NCBI GenBank assembly: GCA_963422645.2
Contig: CAXXVO010000007.1
Span: forward strand, 64,001 to 128,000
Direction of reading: 5' to 3'
DNA: 64,000 bases
From: Alphaproteobacteria bacterium
GTDB lineage: Bacteria; Pseudomonadota; Alphaproteobacteria; UBA828
Shown: positions 39,919 through 48,319 of the stretch, one piece after another
Position numbering within the stretch: position 1 is the stretch's first letter
Layout: every line of letters begins with the position of its first letter
Made by a program: the position numbers and the translations under genes
Notes under the pieces: generated by a model
What the model saw: the letters and a program-made list of their open reading frames with translations, nothing else
Told to the model about the DNA's origin: nothing
The model's database searches: none

Positions 39919-40142
39919 GCAAGGGCGAGCTGCGCGTCGGGATCGGGTTCAACCCGTCGGGCGACGGGACGGTTGCGGCGATCAAGCGGCAGTCGGCGGA
40001 CCTCATTGACCTGATCGAGACCATCGATCCGGCCTCCGACGGGATCGCCGGCGAAGTGGCCCGCCTCAAGGCTCTGGCGCAGACCGATATCGAGAGCGCC
40101 GCCATGTGGGCGGTGAAGGCCGCGACGAAGCGGGCGGCGTGA
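39915..40142 (+). CDS. Acb2/Tad1-like small helical protein (candidate immune-signal sponge)
   Basis: 75 aa with good RBS; FNPS, IK...ADLID, RLKALAQTDIESAAMWAVKA. Confidence 0.65.
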   Translation: MSKGELRVGIGFNPSGDGTVAAIKRQSADLIDLIETIDPASDGIAGEVARLKALAQTDIESAAMWAVKAATKRAA

Positions 40143-40570
40143 TCGTGCCCTACGCGACGCCCGAGGATCTGCGGACGCGCTACGGGTCCGGGGAGCTGGA
40201 CCGGCTGCTCGACGAGGGCTGCGACGGCGAGCCCGACAGGGACCGTGTCGAGATGGCGCTTTCGGACGCCTCGGCCGAGATCGACAGCACGCTGGCGCGG
40301 GCCTTCGGCCTGCCGCTGCCGGCGGGCGGCTATCCGGCGCTCACGGCGATCTGTTGCGACCTGGCGCGCCAGCGGCTCTACGACGACGCGCCGACCGAGG
40401 CGGTGTCGAACAAGGCGCGGCGCAGCCGGGCGCTGTTGCAGGCCATTGCCGGGGGCGAGGCGGCGCTGATCGACGCGCAGGGCGGGACCGTCTCCCGCCG
40501 CGGCCCGGCGGCTCCGGCCCATTCCGGGCCTGCGCCGGTCATGACGCCCGAGACCCTGGCGGGGATGTGA
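40139..40570 (+). CDS. Mu gp36-like head-tail adaptor (DUF1320)
   Basis: YAT.EDL..RYG..EL, AL.DASAEID..LA...LPL, CCDLAR.RL. Confidence 0.88.
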   Translation: MIVPYATPEDLRTRYGSGELDRLLDEGCDGEPDRDRVEMALSDASAEIDSTLARAFGLPLPAGGYPALTAICCDLARQRLYDDAPTEAVSNKARRSRALLQAIAGGEAALIDAQGGTVSRRGPAAPAHSGPAPVMTPETLAGM

Positions 40571-40607
40571 TGTCTGCCCTCGGGCAGCGCCGCGGCAGGG
40601 CGCGATA

Positions 40608-41129
40608 ATGTCCGGCGCGGGGGTGCGTGTCGACGTGGAGTACGACGACCGCGAGGTGCGCGCGGCGCTGGTGCGCCTGATCGCGCGCATGGACGACCCG
40701 CGCCCGGTCATGGACGGGATCGGGCAGAAGCTGGTCACGAGCGTCATCCACCGCTTCGAGAACGTGTCCGCGCCGGACGGGACGCCGTGGAAGAAGAGCA
40801 GTCGTGCGGAGGCCGAGGGCGGACAGACGCTGACGGACACGGGCCGTCTGCGGGCCAGCATCACGCACCGGGCGTCCCGCGACGAGGTGCTGGTCGGCAC
40901 CAATGTCGTCTATGCCGCGATCCACCAGTTCGGCGGACGCACGCCGGCGCGCACGATCCGGCCGCTGGGGAAGAAGGCGCTGTTCTGGCCGGGGGCTGCG
41001 CATCCGGTGAAGAAGGTCGAGCACCCGGGGTCGACGGTCACGGCGCGGCCCTTCCTGGGCGTGAACGGGGGCGACCGCGACGCGATCCTGCGGCTGCTCG
41101 GGCGCCACCTGGCGGGGGCGGTGTCGTGA
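40608..41129 (+). CDS. Virion morphogenesis protein (Mu gpG family)
   Basis: RF....PDG.PW, LTDTGRLRASI, VGTNVVYAAIHQFGG, ARPFLG. Confidence 0.92.
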   Translation: MSGAGVRVDVEYDDREVRAALVRLIARMDDPRPVMDGIGQKLVTSVIHRFENVSAPDGTPWKKSSRAEAEGGQTLTDTGRLRASITHRASRDEVLVGTNVVYAAIHQFGGRTPARTIRPLGKKALFWPGAAHPVKKVEHPGSTVTARPFLGVNGGDRDAILRLLGRHLAGAVS

Positions 41130-41323
41130 GCGCTGCGGTGCTCGATATGGATTTCCCGGCCGCCGACGCGGCCGTGGCGCGGTTGCGCGCGCTGTTCACG
41201 CGGAAGGGGCGCGAGGGCCGCGACCTGCCGGAGTGGGCCGACGAATACGTGGCCGCGACCGGCGGCCTGCGCGACGTGCTGGGCCTGCTGGACTGGCCCG
41301 GTGAGCGTGCGCCCAGCATTTGA
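41126..41323 (+). pseudogene. Probably truncated phage gene at the point where the tail module was lost
   Basis: GTGA-coupled to G; ends abruptly where the sequence switches to the primase module. Confidence 0.45.
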
Positions 41324-41400
41324 TGGTGCGGTTTTCGGATTATTTGATGTTCGTGATGCGGCGCTTGGTTGATCTGCGAGAGCGGTGAGTGGCCTGGCTT

Positions 41401-42270
41401 TCATCGAGACCGCAGGAGCATCTCGTTCCAGTCCTTGGCGTGTCGTGGGCGCAACCTTTTCACCCTTGGATCGTTGAGCACGAGATGCTCGGCGGCAGTG
41501 TCGCCGGCGCTGTCTGCGTCGTAGGCACAGACGATGCGACGTGGCTTCCACTCCTTGATCCAGGGCGGGACCGAGCTGGCGATGCCGGCGGTTGAGGCGA
41601 CGACGGCGCCGTTCTCGCGCGTCCCCTCGACGCGCAGGCTTCGTGCAGAGATGGCGTCGACGGCGCTCTCGGTGAGGATGACGAGGGCGGGCTGGTTTCG
41701 GTCGCAGTGGAGCCAGAAGCCGCCACGCGCCTTGCGCGATCCCGGGGCCATGCCCCTGAAGCGTTTTGTTCCGGGCTGCGGCGCGGTGCCGAGGATCTCG
41801 GCGCCGGTCGTGTGCCCGCTGGCGTTTCGGCAGATGAAGACGGCGTTGATCCTGTCATCGGCGTAGAGGAGGCCTCGGCCGTGGCAGGCTTCGAGCACGT
41901 CGGTGCCGATAGCGCGTTGGCGGATGAGGGCGTCCCGGACCCTGGGCCAGGCGCGGGGACTGGGCCTTGGCAGCCGCAGGCGTCGCGGGGCGGCTGGGAT
42001 GGTGGTGATCTCCCTCCGCCCCTCATGGCTTCCGAGGAAGCGGAGGGCTTCCGGGAAGCGGCATCCCGTCGCATGGATGACGAGGTCGATGGCGCCACCC
42101 CCTCCCGTGCCGCGCAGGTGATCGAAGAACTTCTCGCCGTTGATGCTGATGACCGAGCCCCCGCGCTTGAAGCGCGCCCGGTCGGTCGGGTCTCTGCGGT
42201 AGCCGAGGGCGGCGGCGACCCGGTCGAGGGGGATGTTGCGGCAGGTGGCCAGGGGATCGCCGCCGCTCAT
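41401..42270 (-). CDS. DUF3991/toprim primase-like protein
   Basis: GGGAIDLV.H...C.F.EAL, LYAD...NAVF, ESAVDAIS, AYDADSAG, KDWNE. Confidence 0.85.
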   Translation of the reverse strand: MSGGDPLATCRNIPLDRVAAALGYRRDPTDRARFKRGGSVISINGEKFFDHLRGTGGGGAIDLVIHATGCRFPEALRFLGSHEGRREITTIPAAPRRLRLPRPSPRAWPRVRDALIRQRAIGTDVLEACHGRGLLYADDRINAVFICRNASGHTTGAEILGTAPQPGTKRFRGMAPGSRKARGGFWLHCDRNQPALVILTESAVDAISARSLRVEGTRENGAVVASTAGIASSVPPWIKEWKPRRIVCAYDADSAGDTAAEHLVLNDPRVKRLRPRHAKDWNEMLLRSR

Positions 42271-42311
42271 TGCCGGGTCCCGGCGAAGGTCTGCTTGGAA
42301 GGGAGGCTGAC

Positions 42312-42372
42312 GGCGTTCCCGTTCCTGTACCCTTCAACGCTTAAGAGTTCCGGGAACGGGAACGGGAACGCC
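42312..42372. repeat. Inverted repeat with GGGAAC iterations (candidate replication origin)
   Basis: 14-bp arms GGCGTTCCCGTTCC / GGAACGGGAACGCC; three GGGAAC units; lies between helicase and primase. Confidence 0.6.
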
Positions 42373-43371
42373 TCATCCCGCACTTCCGTTGATGGCGGCA
42401 GGGGATTGCGGCTCCCGGTGCGCCTCGGCGGCTGCGAGGCGATAGCCACCCCTGGGCGCCCGTTCGATGCGCCCCTCCCTGGTGAGGCTCTCGATGGCGG
42501 CAACGACGGTGGCGTTGCGGGCAGCGGCGCGTGAGCGGATCTGGGCTTTCGAGAGCGGCTTTTCGGCCTGCTCGATCGCCTTGAAGACGCGCTGCTCGAC
42601 GGTGGCGGGCTCGTGCCTGTCTTCATCTGCCGCGTCCTGGTGCAGACGGAAGGCCGGCCCATGTCCGCCGTCGACGAGTTCCAGCTCGATGTCGTTGAGG
42701 CCCCGGGCGTCGCGCTGCTCGACCGTCATGACGATCTTCTTGTCGCGCCGGCGCAGGTACAGATTTGAGTCACCCCAAGCGTGCAGCTCGCTGCTCCCGC
42801 GCAGGGCCTGCCCCGGCCGGGTGCCGCCGCTCTTGCGGGCGTGGTGGACGAGGAGGACGGCGGTTTCGAAGCGGCGCTGCAGTTCGCGCAGGAAGCCGAG
42901 GATGGGGGCGATCTCTGCGACGGCGTTCTCGTCGACGCTGTGCAGGCGGACCAGGGGATCGAGGATCAGGAGGCGCGGTTCGATGCGCTCCACGGTCTGC
43001 TGCAGGCGTTGACGGTCGCCGGGCCGGTCGAGACGCAGGGTGGGCACGTCGATGACGGCGATGTCGAGTTCGTCGAAGGGGGTGGCGGCGGCGCGGGCGA
43101 TCCCCTGCAGACGCTTGCGCACCCTGTGGCCGGCGTCCTCGGCGGCGAAGAGCAGCACGGTGCCGCTTGCGCTGGGGCGGTAGTGGCGCAGGCATGGGAC
43201 GCCGGTGGCCACGGCGACGGCGAGATCGAGCGCGAGCAGGGATTTGCCGCACTTGGGCTCGCCGCCGACGATGCCCACGGCCTGCTCGGCCCACAGCGTG
43301 TCCACCATCCACTGTTGCGCCCGGGGGCGATCCTCGAGCTGCATCGGCGCCCGTGTCGGGAAGCCCTTCAC
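42373..43371 (-). CDS. RepA/AAA_25-type helicase-like ATPase with C-terminal winged helix
   Basis: GGEPKCGKS, AAED, LLILDPL, LVHHARK, LRGSS. Confidence 0.88.
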   Translation of the reverse strand: MKGFPTRAPMQLEDRPRAQQWMVDTLWAEQAVGIVGGEPKCGKSLLALDLAVAVATGVPCLRHYRPSASGTVLLFAAEDAGHRVRKRLQGIARAAATPFDELDIAVIDVPTLRLDRPGDRQRLQQTVERIEPRLLILDPLVRLHSVDENAVAEIAPILGFLRELQRRFETAVLLVHHARKSGGTRPGQALRGSSELHAWGDSNLYLRRRDKKIVMTVEQRDARGLNDIELELVDGGHGPAFRLHQDAADEDRHEPATVEQRVFKAIEQAEKPLSKAQIRSRAAARNATVVAAIESLTREGRIERAPRGGYRLAAAEAHREPQSPAAINGSAG

Positions 43372-43669
43372 CGCCGTGCCCTCTTCGGCTTGGCGGGCTC
43401 GCCCAGGATCTCCATGAAGAGCTTCTCGTCGAGAACCTCGCGGTTCTTCTCGGCGCCGGCGGCGAGCAGCATGTCGCCCATGACGGTAAGCGCCCTGGGG
43501 TTGCCGCCGGCGTGGGTGACCAGGGTGTCCTTGAGCTCTGCGCTCATGAGGCCCGGATTGCCGGCCTGCTCGACCAGATGGTCGAGCAGGGCCGCGAGGT
43601 CGCCGGCGTCTGCCTGGGTCATGACCAGGCGCTGGCGCAGGCGCGAGGCGATGGGCTGCAAGTCGGGCC
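43368..43669 (-). pseudogene. C-terminal fragment of an ExeA/TniB-like AAA ATPase
   Basis: PIASRLRQRL, LLDHL..QAGNP.LM, HAGGNPRAL; 5' part replaced directly by the right-end repeats. Confidence 0.7.
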
Positions 43670-43742
43670 ATTCGCAAAGACTTCCGGCCGCGATTCGCAA
43701 AGACTTTCGGCCGCGATTCGCAAAGACTTTCGGCCGGCTACA
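43670..43742 (+). repeat. Right end: three tandem 23-bp putative transposase-binding sites and terminal CTACA
   Basis: ATTCGCAAAGACTTYCGGCCG at 43670, 43693 and 43716. Confidence 0.92.
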
Positions 43743-44204
43743 GACCATCCCGGCCAGTCGGGTTGCAGGCCACCGGAGGAGCGCCAGCGCTCACCCGGCG
43801 ACTGGGAGGCCCAGACGGGCCAGCGCCCCGTCGCCGTGCACCAGCTGGAGCATCTGCAGCCGACCGACCGGGGCGTGAGCCTGTTTCGCCGCCTCTTGCG
43901 AAAGGGCATCCGCGCGGTCCAGGAAGGCGACGGGAGCGCCGACATCAAGAACGATCCGCCGCGCAGGCCGGACGGCACGATCCCCGGTTTCCAGTTCGAC
44001 ACCGTGCTGCACGTTCTGCCCGTGTCGGGGCGCGACGACAGTGAACTCATGGACGAGGTGTCGAGGAAAGTAACCGACGCCGTCTGCGACCCGGACTATC
44101 TCCTGCACCCGGAGCGCGACAGACTCATTCAGGAGAAGCATTTCGAGATCGAAGCCACCTATGCCGCGGCGCGCGCAGTCGAAACCGACGCGAACCCCGG
44201 CTAG
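43743..44204 (+). pseudogene. Rieske oxygenase copy 1, 3' part
   Basis: DHPGQSG...PGDWEAQTGQRP...EHLQPTDRGV is colinear with the C-terminus of the intact paralogue. Confidence 0.95.
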
Positions 44205-44293
44205 GTGACGCGGCGAATACGGCGCATCGTCGGCGAGAACGCGGGCGAAGAACGACGAGGCGTCACGGCACGCATGAGACTGTGGAGGGCACC

Positions 44294-45697
44294 ATGGCAG
44301 CCAGTTCCGAGCGAGCATCGTCCCGGCAAGCCGAGCACTTCGCCGGATACCAAAAACGGCACGTTCCGGAGCCGGAGATCGAGTTGACGCGGGTCGGCCC
44401 GGGCACCCCGGGCGGCGAGTTCCTGCGGCGTTTCTGGCACCCCGTCGCCATGGCCTCGGAGGTGAAGGACCTGCCCGTCCCGATCCGCATCCTCGGCGAG
44501 GACCTGGTTCTGTTTCGCAATTTGAATGGTGAACTCGGATTGTTGCACCGTCATTGCAGTCACCGCGGCACCTCGCTCGAATATGGCAGGCTGACCGAGC
44601 AAGGCGTGCAATGCTGCTATCACGGCTGGCACTTCGCCTCCGATGGCACGATTCTGGAGACGCCGGGACTGCCCGAGAGCAACAAGATCAAACATACGTT
44701 GCGCCACGGCGCTTACCCGGTGCGCGAATACCGCGAGCTGATCTTCGCCTATATGGGCCCGCCGGCCGAAATGCCGGAGTTTCCGCGTCTCGAGATCTAC
44801 GAATATCCCGACACGGACTATGCAGCCCACTGCTTCCACTTCTCTTGCAATTGGCTCCAGGTGCACGAGAATTGCTGCGATCCGTTTCACGCGACATGGC
44901 TGCACGCGCGTCACAGCGGCACCCAATTCGCCGCCGCATGGGCCGCTTGGCCGGTACTCAGATGGCGCGAGACGCCAAACGGCATGATCACCGAGACCAC
45001 GCGCCGCAACGGCGACAAATTGTGGTTTGATTCGGTGGATGTGGTGATGCCGAACCTGCGCTGCACCGGCGATCTGTGGGAGGACGCAACCCAGATCAAG
45101 GCGTTCCGCCGAACAGCGCTGACGCTCTACGCGGTGCCGATCGACGACACCAACACGCTGTTCATCGGCCTGCGGCTGTTCAACAAGTCGACAGATCAGT
45201 ACGGCAACGGCCAGAAGGAGCTCTGTGGCAGGGAGACCGCCGACTACCCCGGCCAGTCGGGTCTGAGGCCGCACGAGGAGCGCCAGCGCGAGCCCGGCGA
45301 CTGGGAGGCCAACACGGGCCAGCGACCCATTGCCGTGCACCAGCTGGAGCATCTGCAGCCGACCGATCGCGGCGTGAGCATGTTTCGCCGCATGCTGCGC
45401 AAGGGCATTCGCGCGATCCAGGAGGGCGATCGGCGCGTGGACATCAAAAACAATCCGCCGCGCAAGCCGGACGGCACGATCCCCAACTTCCAGTTTGACA
45501 CCGTATTGCGCATTCCGCCGGTGCCCGGACGCGACGACGAAGAGTTTATGGCGGAGGTGTCCGCGCAGGTGACGGGCGCGGTGTGCGAGCCGGACTACCT
45601 CTTGAGCCCGGATCGCGATCGCTTGATCGAAGAGCGGCACTTCGAGATAGAGGCGCAATACGACAAGAGGCCACAGGCCAAGGCCTCCGCCGGTTGA
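44294..45697 (+). CDS. Rieske oxygenase alpha subunit, copy 2, intact (phthalate dioxygenase/LigXa-like group)
   Basis: TRVGPGTPGGE.LRRFW, CSHRG...CCYHGW, ENCCDPFH..WLH, EHL...DRGV. Confidence 0.93.
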   Translation: MAASSERASSRQAEHFAGYQKRHVPEPEIELTRVGPGTPGGEFLRRFWHPVAMASEVKDLPVPIRILGEDLVLFRNLNGELGLLHRHCSHRGTSLEYGRLTEQGVQCCYHGWHFASDGTILETPGLPESNKIKHTLRHGAYPVREYRELIFAYMGPPAEMPEFPRLEIYEYPDTDYAAHCFHFSCNWLQVHENCCDPFHATWLHARHSGTQFAAAWAAWPVLRWRETPNGMITETTRRNGDKLWFDSVDVVMPNLRCTGDLWEDATQIKAFRRTALTLYAVPIDDTNTLFIGLRLFNKSTDQYGNGQKELCGRETADYPGQSGLRPHEERQREPGDWEANTGQRPIAVHQLEHLQPTDRGVSMFRRMLRKGIRAIQEGDRRVDIKNNPPRKPDGTIPNFQFDTVLRIPPVPGRDDEEFMAEVSAQVTGAVCEPDYLLSPDRDRLIEERHFEIEAQYDKRPQAKASAG

Positions 45698-45801
45698 ATG
45701 CACCCCACGACAATTGGTGCAGCCTTCGGGCCGATCGTCCGCGAATTGGTCGAGGAGGAGCACTTAATTGGTATGGATGCGGATGCGTCCCCCATTTGCG
45801 A

Positions 45802-45942
45802 CCCTGTTCAAAACTCGATTTCGCAACACGCGCAGGGACCGCACAGGACGATCCCGCCTGTCATCGCCCGCCCGCCGACGGGGCTGGACTTCTGCCGATC
45901 AGCGCTCGACAACGTCGCCGACCGTCGCGCACCCGTCGCTCC
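45802..45942 (+). repeat. Diverged direct repeat of about 140 bp, copy 2
   Basis: Aligns with 14006-14147. Confidence 0.85.
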
Positions 45943-46159
45943 GGGGCGCAGATTGCGCAAGATTGTCCGGCCGCTCCGCGTGGGGCATTGTTGGGCGGCC
46001 GTCAACACAATGAGGCCGGGGCGCCTCGAGCCTGACATGCTACCGTGACGGTCTGATCGGTGCGCGGCGGCGCTTCCTGACGCCACTCAACCACGCGTGT
46101 GGAGGCGATCATAGCAGGACGCGACATCATCTCTCGCCTGAAGAAGGGCGACCGGTTCC

Positions 46160-46375
46160 GGTCAAGTCCGAGAAGTGCTGGATATTTGGGCTTGGCGTGC
46201 AGGAGTTGAGGCCTTTGTGCCGAGGCCGTTCTGGGCCTCGTATTCGTGGTCGAGCTCCTCTCTGACGGCGCGCATCTGACGACGCTCCAGCTCGCTGACC
46301 CTGATGGCGCGCCAGCGCTCGGCGGCGCGGATCATGGCGCCGAACATGAGCTTGAGCACGGCCTTCTCTCTCCGC
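46160..46375 (-). mobile_element. IS256-like remnant (transposase C-terminus and end)
   Basis: EKAVLKLMFGAMIRAAERW; terminal TCCAGCACTTCTCGGACTTGACC. Confidence 0.65.
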
Positions 46376-46419
46376 GCTGCGACGAGGCCGTACCGTCTTG
46401 CGCCGAGAACCCGCAAACG

Positions 46420-46678
46420 CTGGCGCCTGTCGGCCCCGGCCGCAGTGGTGCCGAAGGGAACGTTGTGGGCCTTGCAAAGATCGAGGATCTCCTCGGCCGG
46501 CCCGACGACGTCCGGGTGATCCCAGTCACCGGGCTGCCCCATCTCCACCGAGAAGTCGCCGGGACCGATATAGACCATGTCGACGCCGGGTGTGGTCACG
46601 ATCTCTGCCGCGTTCTCGTGCATATTCGGTAAGGATCCCGCCGACCAGAACATCCCCTGCCGCGAGGCGCGCCTTCAT
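46420..46678 (-). pseudogene. HpcH/HpaI aldolase remnant with an internal deletion
   Basis: MKARLAAGDVLVG joined out of frame to NAAEIVTTPGVDMVYIGPGDFS. Confidence 0.7.
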
Positions 46679-46938
46679 GTGGCGCCCCGGCCCGCCCTCG
46701 GCAAAGGGCGAGACGACGGGGCTTTTCTCAGTGCCGGTGGGCAAGCGTGCCATTTGGTCTCCCTCCTCCAGGCGGCGCGCTCCGGCGGAACGTCAGATCG
46801 CCTTTCCGGATCGTCGTTCCGGATGGCCCAGCCCGCCGCAGCGGGCGCCCGCTCTGCATGAGCCGGTGCAAGCCGGCCTCCAAAGACCTTGGCCCGAATC
46901 TATCACGATTTTCGCAAACACATGTTATAATAACGGGA

Positions 46939-47989
46939 ACCGCTTATGCACATGGCTCCGGTCGCGAGAGTTTGCCACCAGATGTTGAGGTTGAGGTTAG
47001 GGCGGGAGAACGGGTAGAATGTTGCCTATACGTTCCTGCCGACGGAGCCACCACATGAAACAGGTCGCCGACAGCCTCCTCGCCTTCCAGCACATGTTCC
47101 CGGACGATGACGCCTGCGCCGCCTGGCTGATCGAAATGCGCTGGCCGGACGGCTTCGTCTGTCCCGCGTGCGGCCATGAAAAGGGATGGGCGCTGCGCAG
47201 AAAAGCACACACCTTCGAGTGCGCCGGCTGCCGCCGGCAGACCTCGGTGACGGCCGGGACGATCCTGCACGCCAGCAAGCTGCCGCTCACCGTCTGGTTC
47301 TGGGCCGCCTACCTGATGGCGACCCACTCCAACGGCATCTCTGCCCTGCAGCTCCAGAAACAGCTCGGTATCGGCTCTTACCGCAGCGCTTGGCTGCTCG
47401 CCCACAAGCTGCGCGCCAGCATGGTCGACCCCGAGCGCAACCCGTTGTCGGGCCTGGTGGAAATCGACGAGGCCAGCCTTCCATTCCGGACCAAAGACGA
47501 TCCTCCCACCGGAGGGCAAGGACGCAGCCACGACGGCAAGATGCTCATCGTCGGCGCCATCGAACTGGGGGATGGAACCATCCCGGGCCGCCTGCGGCTG
47601 GCCGAAATCTCCTCCTACGGCGCCGCCGACCTCGGACACTTCGTCGAAACCGCCGCCGATCCCGACGCCATCGCGAAAACCGACGGCTGGTCCGGCTACG
47701 CTGCGGTCCCCGCCGATCGCCACAATGTCCATGTCGTCGGGAAGACCGCCGCTCACCTCGTCCTGCCGTGGATCCACCAAGTCTTCTCCAACCTCAAAGG
47801 ATGGGCGCGAGGCGTCTACCACGGGCTGCGCCGCAAGCATCTGCAGGCCTATCTCGATGAGTTCGCCTTTCGCTTCAACCGCCGCAAAACCCGCCACGCT
47901 GCTTTCCGCTCGCTCTTCCGCATCGCCACCAATGCAAAACCCCTTACCTACAGCATGTTGATCGAACCGGAGCCATGTGCATAAGCGGT
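46939..47989 (+). mobile_element. IS1595-family element, copy 2 (1051 bp)
   Basis: Same inverted repeats as copy 1; 8-bp duplication TAACGGGA (46931-46938 and 47990-47997). Confidence 0.95.
47055..47984 (+). CDS. IS1595 transposase (same translation as copy 1)
   Basis: Identical protein sequence in the ORF track. Confidence 0.95.
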   Translation: MKQVADSLLAFQHMFPDDDACAAWLIEMRWPDGFVCPACGHEKGWALRRKAHTFECAGCRRQTSVTAGTILHASKLPLTVWFWAAYLMATHSNGISALQLQKQLGIGSYRSAWLLAHKLRASMVDPERNPLSGLVEIDEASLPFRTKDDPPTGGQGRSHDGKMLIVGAIELGDGTIPGRLRLAEISSYGAADLGHFVETAADPDAIAKTDGWSGYAAVPADRHNVHVVGKTAAHLVLPWIHQVFSNLKGWARGVYHGLRRKHLQAYLDEFAFRFNRRKTRHAAFRSLFRIATNAKPLTYSMLIEPEPCA

Positions 47990-48319
47990 TAACGGGATAT
48001 ACTGTAGGCAAAGGCGCAAAAGGCACGATGCTCGCGCATTCGGTGGATTGCCGGACGGGTCTCTGACGACGATCTCTCGAACGTCCCGAGGGTCGAGGTC
48101 GAGGGTGCTGCAAATGAATCGGCGGCTTGCACCGTCCCGCGGGGCCGCTGAGGCCCATAGAGTCCCTTTGTTCTCCGTCGCTCACGCCCGGCCGACCGCT
48201 GCCGGGCACCTTTCGGGGACGACGGTTGCAACGCGCGGCGCAAAGGGCTTAAGTCAGGGTCGGAAGGGCGCCGGCCGCGTTGCCGCCGCCCAGCGCGCTG
48301 CAGGAGGGGAGAGCCGAGA

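Larger units (their letters stand above)
21071..43742. mobile_element. Mu-like transposable prophage derivative (22,672 bp; tailless; transposase defective)
   Basis: TGTAG...CTACA ends; 5-bp duplication GACCA (21066-21070 and 43743-43747); repeated end motifs; Mu-type portal, F, I, gp36 and G genes inside. Confidence 0.93.

Noticed and set aside
43670-43742. 23-bp repeats as a CRISPR array
   Set aside because: The repeats abut with no unique spacers, no cas genes are present, and they mirror the left-end motif of a TG...CA element
21071-43742. Tn7-like or CRISPR-associated transposon
   Set aside because: TGT...ACA ends and a 5-bp duplication would fit, but there is no tnsA, tniQ/tnsD or cas gene and the contents are Mu-type phage genes
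43167-44204. 345-aa ORF as a real gene
   Set aside because: It is read-through from element sequence into the 3' half of the split Rieske gene
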